DNA of 64,000 bases from the IMG/VR virus record IMGVR_UViG_3300018481_000001, positions 99,991 to 163,990 of that record; one strand, 5' to 3'. Each line of letters begins with the position of its first letter. The stretch's first letter is position 1. The notes beneath the pieces were generated by a model that ran no database searches, was not told the origin of the DNA, and worked only from the letters and a program-made list of their open reading frames with translations. A program made the position numbers and the translations under genes. This stretch comes from a virus. Positions 37,924-47,086 of this stretch are shown here, piece by piece.

Positions 37924-40900
37924 TCCTGAGTTCGGTGAGGAGCTCATTTTCTTCCACTACACCTTCTTGCGCGAGCTCCAACGGGTACTTGGCCAAGTAC
38001 TTATCAATGGACTGGCACTCCCCGTAATTTAGCCCAACCTCGACGTCCGCCTCAAAAGGTACCGGGAGCCACTGATATTTCTCACGGACACGATCTACCG
38101 CGTAGTGTTTGACGAAGTCGCTAAGCTGCATAATTCTCTTCTTCGGAAATTGAAATACAATGGAATCGTGTACCGTCATCAACATGCGGCCACCAAAATC
38201 CGCACGAAGCGGCTCTTCCATTTCAATCAATTGCCCCAGAACGATATCTGAGCTCGTAGATTGGATTTTAAAGTTGCGCGCTTGACGGTGCGCTCTACCC
38301 CGCATCCGGGAAATACCCGACAACGGAAACCGGCGACGGCGACCAAACTTGGTTTCGACAAACTGAAAACGGTCTACCTCGCGCTCGACTTCTTCAGCAT
38401 AACGCTTAATGTCAGGGAACATTTGGTAAAGCATTTCGATAAGTGCGGTGGCGCGCTCAGCTGAAATACCGATAGTCTCAGCAATTTTATCTGGGCCTGC
38501 GCCATAAAGAATTCCAAATACAACACGCTTGATTTGGCTGCGCTCCATGTCAAGGAGTTTGCGAAGATTAACGTCGGGCACAACTTCGGGATTGAATCGG
38601 TTTTCGTAAACCGAATACTCCCGACGAAAGACCTTGGACGCGAAAAAGCTGTGCATGTCCATGCCATCATTGAGGGCCTGAATAAGCGCTTTGTCCTTGG
38701 CGTAGGCCGTGAAAACACGAACCTCGGCGCCCTTGTAATCGACGTTGACGAAAATGTAGCTATCGTCGTCGGGGATAAAGAGCTTCTTGAGATTCCAACC
38801 GGCCAAAAACTTGGGCAGGTTCTGGACATTCATATCTGAACTCGAGAGTCGCCCGGTACCTGTTCCATTGAGATGAAACTGGGTGTGCAGAAAGCCGTCG
38901 CGTCGACTCAGCGCACGGATATTTGCCAAAAATGTATTTCGCGCCTTGCTAGCTTTTCGGTATTTGAGCAAACGCTCGACAAACAGCGCTTCACGTACCG
39001 GGTGCTCTTTGGCTTCGTCATCGTACGCAACAAACGTACGAAGGAGTTTTTCTGACGTGCTTGGCTGTCCCTTGGCTGTGAACCCTGGGATGGTATAGGG
39101 CTCCATGCGCGTGCCGTCGGGGTGCTTCCAGCCCCAGTTGTAGAGCACGTTGCCGAGGGTCGCCGCGCCGTTTAGGTTCATGGGCTTGCCGCTCGGCGTC
39201 ATCGAGCCAGACATCTCGTAAATCTCGTGTTCGGTCTGTGCGATGACTTTACTCAGCGCGTCCTCGAGCACGTCGATGTAGGGCTGATCAATACGGGTAC
39301 CATAATACTCCATGCGACCCAACACCCGCGAAGCAGGAATTGCATGAGTTTTCATGAGACCCGTAACGTTCGATTTTTCAGCAACAATCCGCCGCTTTTG
39401 CAGGCCCGCGAGTTGTCGTGTTACATCAGCGTCCACGGCCCCATAAATTTGGAGCTCATGAATAGGGATATTTTCGAACCCGGCGTCTTTACTGATTTGT
39501 TGCTCTTTTTTAGAGCGAGGATCTTTAGGTTTTTTAGGCTCTACTAGCCGTGCCGGTTTGGCAGGCTTCTGAAACCACTTCGTAGGCTTCTTGGGCTTAT
39601 TGCGGGCACCTTTTTGGTAATCCGCAACCGCAAGCGCCCAGACTGAAACGAGACCTGCTAAATGGCTCTTACAGAACAAGTAATCGTCGAGCTCCAAGTC
39701 ATAGCGTCGATTACTATTCTTGAATGCCTCTTCCTCGGATTCATATTTTTCCAACTCCACCTTATATTCGTGGAGTGACTTTAAAAACTCTGGATGTTCT
39801 TCTTCGAGAATAGGCGTGAGCGATTCAATCTCTTTTTGCGCCTCATCACTCTTAGAAATGTCCTCGGAACTCTCGAGCAGGTCGTAGAGTTTATCTTCAT
39901 AACCACAATATTCCGGCAACAGGTTCGCAGTGAGAACCTTCAAGCCGTAATTGCCTTTTTTATCTTCATCCAGAAGATGCTCGCCAAGAAGGGTATCCCA
40001 TACGACCGATGTGACGGGCGTGTCATACCGAAGTTCAATAAACTTTAAGTCGAACTTGGCATTGTGGAATATCTTTGGTTTTTTACTCTGGAGGATTTTT
40101 TTAATCCATACCCAAAGTTCAGGCAGCCGCGCCAGATACTCTTCCCCTGCAAAGGGATGCTCGTAGAGAATAGTGGCTGCTTTACGCCGGCCCCAACCAA
40201 AACAAAAGGCAATAATCTTCGACGTCGGCAAGTGCGAGTGGAGCGACGTGGTCTCTGTATCGACGCTCAGCGGCCAAAGCTCAAGCGGCAGCGGGTCTTC
40301 TGTAAAATCGAGAATACTTTTGCAGACCGCAATCGCGTCTTCGATGGTTTTGGGCGTTGCATAGTTCTCTGAGATTTGCTCTAGAGAAGGTCGGACCAAA
40401 TGCGCCTCGAGTGCGCGGTCGAAAATATTATGAAGGTTGAGTTTAAATGTCTCGAATACGCCGGGTGCCGCAATAAGTGCCTTTTCCGAAAATGACACGA
40501 AGATCGGCATCTCATACAAAAAATGCTTGAGGAACTTGTGCTGCACCTCGGAAAACATTTGCCGAAACCCGAGCTGCTTGAGCGCCTGCGCGCCCATGGC
40601 AACAATGACCGTGGGTTTCATACGCTGAATAGTGCTGTGCAGGTGGGGGTTACACTGCTTGAGCGAGACCTTATCCGGAGGGGTATTGTCCGGAGAAGCG
40701 CACTGCACCGCGTACGTAAATGCGAGGTTGAGGCCCCGGTAATTTGCGTTGCTTTGGGTGAGGTGGTGAATAGCCGTTTGGACAATACGCCCGCCATGAC
40801 CGCCGAACGCGTAGTTTTTGCTCGCGGACATGTCATCGGGTTGGTCGCCAACAAACAGCACGTGCACTTTTCCCTGTGTGGGAGTGACGCCACAACGAGG

Positions 40901-40957
40901 CAGGTCAAAACGCGGGCAGCCTTCGCACAACTGCCCTTTGGGTATGGCGAAGGTCAT
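37901..40957 (-). CDS. polA: Family A DNA polymerase with N-terminal UDG-like domain and 3'-5' exonuclease
   Basis: Exo motifs VDTET, FHNAKFD, YGAVDA; pol motif A DYKGAEVR, B RSQIKRVVFGILYG, C VHDS; N-terminal CEGC...LFVGDQP...VQC...KQC. Confidence 0.93.
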   Translation of the reverse strand: MTFAIPKGQLCEGCPRFDLPRCGVTPTQGKVHVLFVGDQPDDMSASKNYAFGGHGGRIVQTAIHHLTQSNANYRGLNLAFTYAVQCASPDNTPPDKVSLKQCNPHLHSTIQRMKPTVIVAMGAQALKQLGFRQMFSEVQHKFLKHFLYEMPIFVSFSEKALIAAPGVFETFKLNLHNIFDRALEAHLVRPSLEQISENYATPKTIEDAIAVCKSILDFTEDPLPLELWPLSVDTETTSLHSHLPTSKIIAFCFGWGRRKAATILYEHPFAGEEYLARLPELWVWIKKILQSKKPKIFHNAKFDLKFIELRYDTPVTSVVWDTLLGEHLLDEDKKGNYGLKVLTANLLPEYCGYEDKLYDLLESSEDISKSDEAQKEIESLTPILEEEHPEFLKSLHEYKVELEKYESEEEAFKNSNRRYDLELDDYLFCKSHLAGLVSVWALAVADYQKGARNKPKKPTKWFQKPAKPARLVEPKKPKDPRSKKEQQISKDAGFENIPIHELQIYGAVDADVTRQLAGLQKRRIVAEKSNVTGLMKTHAIPASRVLGRMEYYGTRIDQPYIDVLEDALSKVIAQTEHEIYEMSGSMTPSGKPMNLNGAATLGNVLYNWGWKHPDGTRMEPYTIPGFTAKGQPSTSEKLLRTFVAYDDEAKEHPVREALFVERLLKYRKASKARNTFLANIRALSRRDGFLHTQFHLNGTGTGRLSSSDMNVQNLPKFLAGWNLKKLFIPDDDSYIFVNVDYKGAEVRVFTAYAKDKALIQALNDGMDMHSFFASKVFRREYSVYENRFNPEVVPDVNLRKLLDMERSQIKRVVFGILYGAGPDKIAETIGISAERATALIEMLYQMFPDIKRYAEEVEREVDRFQFVETKFGRRRRFPLSGISRMRGRAHRQARNFKIQSTSSDIVLGQLIEMEEPLRADFGGRMLMTVHDSIVFQFPKKRIMQLSDFVKHYAVDRVREKYQWLPVPFEADVEVGLNYGECQSIDKYLAKYPLELAQEGVVEENELLTELRNAAFEAA

Positions 40958-41127
40958 CGCCCGTCTTCTACTTTCACCAGATGAACGTCACTTAATACTA
41001 ACTTTGTTTCATCATGGAGTTTTCGCGACATCTCTGCTGACGTAAGAAAACGCATTAATAAAACAGTGACATCTTCTTTTAATGGGTCATGCACGAAAGT
41101 GCATTCGATTCTAAATTTGGTAAACAT
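40954..41127 (-). CDS. Small hypothetical protein
   Basis: AGGAG SD before ATG 41127; ATGA-coupled to polA. Confidence 0.6.
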   Translation of the reverse strand: MFTKFRIECTFVHDPLKEDVTVLLMRFLTSAEMSRKLHDETKLVLSDVHLVKVEDGR

Positions 41128-41134
41128 GCGGCTC

Positions 41135-44100
41135 CTAAAGCCCCGGCATAACGTCTTCCGCAGGGGTGAAATCCGGGGTGGCATTTTGCGCAGTAACGGC
41201 GCGTTCCACACGATCCAAAATACGAGATTTAACGGTTACAATACTTACGACTTCTGGCGGGTGGACCAGGCCTACGGCCAGCAATCTATCGTAGATACCA
41301 CTAGCTTGCGCTTTCTCAAGCGAGACAACCCAGTCTCCAGCAGACTGCAGGTCGAATATCAAAGCAGAAGCATTCTTTTTTAGCGCCGGGTGCCGGAAAT
41401 AGGTTTTAATTTCGGGCCATGCCAGTGCCAAGCAATGTGTCGTAGCGTCGTAGTAAATACCTGTTTTGCTCTGATTTATCTTCTCGCGTTGGTTGCCGCT
41501 GAGCAGCATGTGTTTAATGGTTGTCTGGTTGTTGTCCTCATCTTTATCGACAATCGGTGTCGACAAAATGAGGTCAAGCAGCATGTGACCGGCGGTAGTA
41601 ACGCCACGTTCGACTTTTTGCTTTGTGCGTGAGGCACGGTATTGGTCGACATACGCAGCGCCCTCGCGGCCTACTACATCTAAAATGGCGCCGAGTGGCA
41701 GCAAGTTTTCGGCCGCACGGTCCAACACGTTGTTGACGTCGCCAATGGCCGGACGTTCCGAAAACGTCTCGTGCAAATTACGGTGCGCTTTGAGCACACG
41801 CGGCGCCATGGCCACACTGTGCAAAAATATAGAAAGTCGCAGTTGTGCGTATTCTGCAGGTGAATACAGTTTTCGCAACACGCCACGCACGTTCGAACGG
41901 TTGCCATCTTTACGCAGGAAAATCGTATTAAATCGACTCTCATCCATTTCGTTGTGGATGATATTTCCTGACGCCGTAATAACCGAGGTGCGTAGACTGT
42001 ATTGTCGACCTTGACCGTCTTGCGTACCCTGAGAGACGCTGGCTTGGCCGCTGGTCGCAAGAGAACGACATTTTGCGTAGAACTCTTTTTTCTTTTCCGA
42101 ATCCCGCGAGTTGTCGTTCAAATCGTTCATTTCATCGAGGGCCGCTACCAACCGCGTATTGGCAAACATTTGGTAGAAGCCAGCTTGCGTGAAACTGTCG
42201 ATCGCGTGCGAGTGGTCGCATAGAGACCATTCTTGTAGCTGTGCGTGATTGGAGGTCACAGACAAGAGCGATGTTTTTCCTGAGGAGTATTCCGCCGAGA
42301 AGTGGGTGAGCATGCGGCGGTTTTCGAATATATCATAAAGGTAATTGTAAAACACCAACCCAGCGCAATACATAGCGTCAATGCGTTGATGGGTAAATCC
42401 GAAAGCGGTATCAATAATATTAAATACGCGATCAAATGTCTCTTCGGCGGAAAATGGTGGTGGCTGGAGCAAGTCTTGCGCATTGGTAAAGAGCTTAGTC
42501 CAGCCGTCATCCATGTTTGGCACGAGTACTGGCTTTCGTGACAAATCGAAAACTACCGGTCCGTCAACGGGCCCAGGGAGCTGCGTTGCTTCGATCAGCT
42601 GTTCGCCAGTATCGTCCCAGAGCAGTTTGAATACACGGCGGCCATTGACGATATAACCTGTGTTTGTTTTCCCGGCTTGGCTGAGGTGAATACCCTGCCC
42701 TTTAATGGCTGAGATATCTTCGCTGGCGCCAGGAATGAGCTCGCGGAGTGCACGGTGAATCGATTTCTCAATCGTATTTTCACAGCGTGCCAACACTGCT
42801 TCCGTTGCATCAAATGCTTCGGGGTTTGGCAAAAACCCTGGGAGTCCAATTTCCCCCTTGGCCCAGAAATACAACGACCCCGTGGAGAAGTCTTTGATGA
42901 GCTTGGGAATGCTCGCCGGGACATCGACCTGAACCGTGAGCGCTCGAGACTTCTGCAAGTGCCAGAGCGTGAGCTCGTTAGTGTGAGAATCCCACGTGGT
43001 GACTTGGTAGGTCTTACGAAACCACTCTCCGATACGGGCAGAGAAGCCCAAGGGCGAGTCCTGGTTGGCCAGCGCCGTACGGATGACCTGAGACGCTGCG
43101 ATGTTCGGGCAGAGCTTTTCGAACTCCTGTGCAAATGCGAACTTCTCGCTCTCGTCGGTCAGGTACGCCGCGAACTCTTCGGCGATTTCCTTGAGAACAC
43201 GGATGTTGTCGCCGCTGGTGCCCTGGACCTTCGCCTTGGCCGCATTGAGCGCCCACGTGAGGGCAAAGACGTAGTTCTGGGGGGCGACGAAGGCCTCGAA
43301 CGCAACGTCAAAGCCTCGAGCGCGTACGGCCTCGTCTGGGTCTGTTTTACCGCCCAGGGGCGCGCGTAGCGCCGCTGGCCACTGGAATACCTCGAAGTTG
43401 ATGCGCGGGCTTTTGGGCAGCACCTTGGTCGGGTAAACCGACCCGGCGGCATCGTCGTCAGGGATGAGCCGACAGGATTTAAAACCCAGCGTATCCATGA
43501 AGGACAGGCCGTTGTGCCCATCCCCTCCGAGGGCAATGACAACCTCGCTCACCTGGCCGTAGTCAATTTGTCCGCAGTACAGCGCGAGCTGATCGTGCTC
43601 CCCTTCAACCGCCAAAAACCGCGTGCACTTGTCACTACCGTACATTGGGTAGAAGGCCGGGGTCAGAACGCCAAAGGCACCAATTTCCCCCGTCTTATCG
43701 ACTTCGAGGATTTTGATGCCCGCTTTGTCTGCCGTCGCCGGCCGCAGCTTGAATGCGGTAATGTATTCGGGTGCTGTCGCGTAAGTATAGACAACACAAT
43801 CGGTGTACGCGTTATTGAGATATTCACCGATAAAACGCAGACACCACTGCACGTCATCGTCGGTTGCTTTTTGAATCCGCAAGAGCCGCTCGAGAGTTGG
43901 CACGCGCGGCAAAATGCCCAGCGAGCCCAATCCCTGAACGTCTCGAATGCCTCTGTTCTTTAACCAAGCAATGGTTTTTTTGGCAGTCTCTGGCATCTGC
44001 TCAGCAGTCCAGAGGTCACACAAATATGAATAAAATGCTTCGTTGAGAAAATGAACGCGGCGCTGGATTGTATCCGCCAGGCTCAGCGTCTCAATGTCTA

Positions 44101-44434
44101 AATGCTTACCGCCTTCGAAAGAGGCTTTATACGTTTCTAGTGCTGCGCCATAACCGGCACCCGATACATTCGAGATGAAACGAATCGGGTCATAAATAAA
44201 CTTGCCACAACCGAAGCATTTAAAATACCCATGCTCCGTATGCACAAGCGCCGACGGGCTACTGTCCGGATGATACGGACAGCACATTTTAACCGTGGGG
44301 CCCTGCTCTGATAAACGAGCAACCCCCAGGGTACTTAGTAGATTGAGCCACTCTTTGGTACTGCGTCTCCAGAGTTTACGTAAATCGCTTTGCTCAATCT
44401 TTTGTTTTTCGGGCGCTGATTCCGACTTCGCCAT
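41135..44434 (-). CDS. Primase-helicase fusion (Zn finger, TOPRIM, P-loop NTPase)
   Basis: CPYHPD...FKCFGC, VEGEHD, IPDDD, Walker A AEYSSGKT, Walker B AALDE. Confidence 0.85.
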   Translation of the reverse strand: MAKSESAPEKQKIEQSDLRKLWRRSTKEWLNLLSTLGVARLSEQGPTVKMCCPYHPDSSPSALVHTEHGYFKCFGCGKFIYDPIRFISNVSGAGYGAALETYKASFEGGKHLDIETLSLADTIQRRVHFLNEAFYSYLCDLWTAEQMPETAKKTIAWLKNRGIRDVQGLGSLGILPRVPTLERLLRIQKATDDDVQWCLRFIGEYLNNAYTDCVVYTYATAPEYITAFKLRPATADKAGIKILEVDKTGEIGAFGVLTPAFYPMYGSDKCTRFLAVEGEHDQLALYCGQIDYGQVSEVVIALGGDGHNGLSFMDTLGFKSCRLIPDDDAAGSVYPTKVLPKSPRINFEVFQWPAALRAPLGGKTDPDEAVRARGFDVAFEAFVAPQNYVFALTWALNAAKAKVQGTSGDNIRVLKEIAEEFAAYLTDESEKFAFAQEFEKLCPNIAASQVIRTALANQDSPLGFSARIGEWFRKTYQVTTWDSHTNELTLWHLQKSRALTVQVDVPASIPKLIKDFSTGSLYFWAKGEIGLPGFLPNPEAFDATEAVLARCENTIEKSIHRALRELIPGASEDISAIKGQGIHLSQAGKTNTGYIVNGRRVFKLLWDDTGEQLIEATQLPGPVDGPVVFDLSRKPVLVPNMDDGWTKLFTNAQDLLQPPPFSAEETFDRVFNIIDTAFGFTHQRIDAMYCAGLVFYNYLYDIFENRRMLTHFSAEYSSGKTSLLSVTSNHAQLQEWSLCDHSHAIDSFTQAGFYQMFANTRLVAALDEMNDLNDNSRDSEKKKEFYAKCRSLATSGQASVSQGTQDGQGRQYSLRTSVITASGNIIHNEMDESRFNTIFLRKDGNRSNVRGVLRKLYSPAEYAQLRLSIFLHSVAMAPRVLKAHRNLHETFSERPAIGDVNNVLDRAAENLLPLGAILDVVGREGAAYVDQYRASRTKQKVERGVTTAGHMLLDLILSTPIVDKDEDNNQTTIKHMLLSGNQREKINQSKTGIYYDATTHCLALAWPEIKTYFRHPALKKNASALIFDLQSAGDWVVSLEKAQASGIYDRLLAVGLVHPPEVVSIVTVKSRILDRVERAVTAQNATPDFTPAEDVMPGL

Positions 44435-45215
44435 TCAAATCACCCTTAAACGCCGACGGGCAAGTCTCTCGGAAATCGCAATACTTGCAGTGCCACCCAG
44501 GCGTTGCGATTCCGGTCTCTACACGTTCTGCCCGTCGTGTCAGATAACTAATCAGCCATTGCCGTAGTAGTTTTTCAATATGAGATCTACGCACGGGATC
44601 GGACCATTCAATCCGCTGCCGAGCGACGTAATGTAGGGCAGCTTGGACCCCAACTAACCCCGGCAAGTGCGATAGTGCGAAGATGCTATAAATATCGAGC
44701 TGTGCCTTGTAGTACGCAGCGGGCCGTACCTTCCCGGTTTTATGGTCGATGATGACCACGTGTCCAGATTTAAGGAACAGGGCTAAATCTAGTATCCCCC
44801 GCATCATCACATGGGGGTCCTCGAAGGCACATGGTTCAAAGTTATCTGTGATTCCCCATTTCTGTTCTAGCAAGATTTCTTGAACAGGGTATTTTTCACA
44901 GAAGGCATCGATACGTTTTTTAAACGCATCAATCGCCTCTTCGAACAGCAAAATCCGATGCAGTGCCTCATCCGTAAGTGGATCGGTATTTTCGGCCAAT
45001 GCTTTGGCGAGCGCTTGATTGCCTGAATGTGCACCGAGTAAAACGAGCTCTTGAGCCCGGTGCACGATCACACCGATTACGCCATCCATTCCTTTTGGAC
45101 CGGCTGGAATTTTATCGATATAACGAAATTTAAACGCAAGTGCGCATTGAGCAGCCAGATTGGCTTTGGATGGCGACCAAGGCACGTATTGCGAAAGAAG
45201 CTTTATTTTAGACAT
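44394..45215 (-). CDS. PD-(D/E)XK nuclease (AddB/Cas4-like)
   Basis: WSPSK...QC, GILDL, IIDHKTG, QLDIY, CKYCDFRETC. Confidence 0.85.
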   Translation of the reverse strand: MSKIKLLSQYVPWSPSKANLAAQCALAFKFRYIDKIPAGPKGMDGVIGVIVHRAQELVLLGAHSGNQALAKALAENTDPLTDEALHRILLFEEAIDAFKKRIDAFCEKYPVQEILLEQKWGITDNFEPCAFEDPHVMMRGILDLALFLKSGHVVIIDHKTGKVRPAAYYKAQLDIYSIFALSHLPGLVGVQAALHYVARQRIEWSDPVRRSHIEKLLRQWLISYLTRRAERVETGIATPGWHCKYCDFRETCPSAFKGDLNGEVGISARKTKD

Positions 45216-45289
45216 ATAACCAATACCTAAAGAAAAACAAACACGGTGGGGGTACTACCGTGTTTGTTTTTGTGCCATCAGGTCAGTGG

Positions 45290-46327
45290 CTATATCTCCT
45301 GAGAGAAATCCAAAGCGTCCGTATTGGGCGCCGTATCAGGCTGGCCATTCAAGGCACCCGTAGGCGGTCCTCCGGCCTCGAGCTGGCGCTGCGAATGTGC
45401 GTTCTGAAGAATCACAGCTTTCTTGTGATTGGCTTCGAAATAGTCGCACAACGTGTCGCAGATTTTCCGCGTTTGTTCGCTGGTCTTTTCACCCACGCGC
45501 ACGTTGAAGATGTAATACGCCGCCTTGGCACCTGTTTGTTGCTGTTTCTTTTCCACGCCGAGCTCAAACACTCTCGACCAGAGAGCGGGCTGCTGTGCGA
45601 GGGTTCGAATCTTCCTGCCCGCTGGTGCACTGGTTTTCAGAAACTCAACCCGGAAAATAGAATCCAGGTCCGCAGTCGCTGCGAAATAGGCATATCCCGC
45701 ACTGCACTCAGGACGCATTCCTTGCTGGAATTGGCCGTAGGGGCATTGCGCGCAGGCGCCATATCGTGTGCCAGTGACTGCATCGAGTGACTCACACTCG
45801 ACTCCGGCATTTCCACCGACTGCCCATTTCTTTCGCATGAGATGCGTGTAGATGGGCAAGATTTTCAAATGGTCGCCCACGTGCACACCCGAGGTGGTGT
45901 ACATATTTCCGGCACGGGTTTCGGCCGGCACGGCATCCTGTGAGGTCATGGCCTGCATTAGGCGCAGGTCGGGTACCTTTGCCTCCCCCGGACCATCAAT
46001 TCCACGAATTGCCGGGCTCGCCTGTTCGGCCAGCGCCATCACTTTATTTTGCAGATTTTCGTCTTCGATTGATTCCGCCAAATCAATCAACACGCCAGAA
46101 ATAGCCTGGAGCTTTTCTTCATATACAGCGATAGAGGAAGCTGTATTATCCGACAACTCCTGCGAGGGAGCGTTAGCAGCGACGTGCGCGGGGGCAGTCG
46201 TTGCAGCGGGTGCCGGGGCATTATTAGGGGTTGCTGCGGGCGCATTATTTGCGGCAGTCCCGTTGGCCGGTTGACCGTTGGCTGTGCCGCCGTTCGAAGC
46301 AGTATCGGACTTAATTTCTTTGGTCAT
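45290..46327 (-). CDS. Putative ssDNA-binding/recombination protein
   Basis: In the replication operon; disordered N-terminus, CAQC...C cluster, acidic/aromatic tail DALDFSQEI; GGAG SD. Confidence 0.45.
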   Translation of the reverse strand: MTKEIKSDTASNGGTANGQPANGTAANNAPAATPNNAPAPAATTAPAHVAANAPSQELSDNTASSIAVYEEKLQAISGVLIDLAESIEDENLQNKVMALAEQASPAIRGIDGPGEAKVPDLRLMQAMTSQDAVPAETRAGNMYTTSGVHVGDHLKILPIYTHLMRKKWAVGGNAGVECESLDAVTGTRYGACAQCPYGQFQQGMRPECSAGYAYFAATADLDSIFRVEFLKTSAPAGRKIRTLAQQPALWSRVFELGVEKKQQQTGAKAAYYIFNVRVGEKTSEQTRKICDTLCDYFEANHKKAVILQNAHSQRQLEAGGPPTGALNGQPDTAPNTDALDFSQEI

Positions 46328-46408
46328 GTTGTTGGCTCCCAAGGGCCTAGTGTTTGGAACGTGAGCTTACTGCCGTTTCCATACAAAACAATCGAAAAGG
46401 AGACAAAT

Positions 46409-47086
46409 ATGCAGCTTCGCAGTTCCGACGCATTAACGCGTTACTATCGTGAAGTCGAGGGCACGAGCATGCTCAGCGCTGAGCGTGAGCGTGAACTCAT
46501 ATGCATTTACCAGGAAAAACAGTGCCCTCGTGCACGCGATCTAATTATTAAAGGCGCTTTGCGCTATGTAATTGCTGAGGCTCGGAAACACCCCCGTAGT
46601 TTCAGCGAGCGCACAATTTTGGAAGATTTAATCGCCGCTGGCAATATTGGTTTAATTCGAGCCCTCAATAAATTCGACATTTCCGCTGGCACACGATTTC
46701 TTACCTACGCGAGCTGGTGGGTACGCCACGAGATTCGCGAAGAAAGCCGCCGTCTTGGTTTAGTACATGTCCCCGCTCATGCACTTGCTCGCGGAACGCG
46801 ACCTCCGATGACTTCCGAATTAACCGAAAACAGTGTAGCCGATGTGGTTTCGTATTTACAGACACCTTCGTTGGCTCTTGAAACAGCGCAGAGCCTTATT
46901 TATCTCTTCGAGTCAACGCAACTGACCACGCGTGAGATATTTATTATCAAGACGTCGTTCGGAATTCACACCGGACAAAAGACGCTTAAACAAATTGGAC
47001 GTCTCCTGGAACTGACCGGAGAACGTGTCCGGCAACTTCGAGAGACGGCCATTTTCAAGCTCCGGGGTGCCGCTGCGGAGTGCTAG
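46409..47086 (+). CDS. Sigma-70-family factor (RpoD/RpoS-like)
   Basis: Region 1.2 LTRYYREV...LSAERE, region 2 DLIAAGNIGLIRALNKFD...RFLTYASWWVR, region 4 TLKQIG...TGERVRQL; AAGGAG SD before ATG 46409. Confidence 0.9.
   Translation: MQLRSSDALTRYYREVEGTSMLSAERERELICIYQEKQCPRARDLIIKGALRYVIAEARKHPRSFSERTILEDLIAAGNIGLIRALNKFDISAGTRFLTYASWWVRHEIREESRRLGLVHVPAHALARGTRPPMTSELTENSVADVVSYLQTPSLALETAQSLIYLFESTQLTTREIFIIKTSFGIHTGQKTLKQIGRLLELTGERVRQLRETAIFKLRGAAAEC

Noticed and set aside
35488-40957. Inteins or introns in terL and polA
   Set aside because: No C/S...HN splice motifs or LAGLIDADG/HNH domains, and both frames are continuous.
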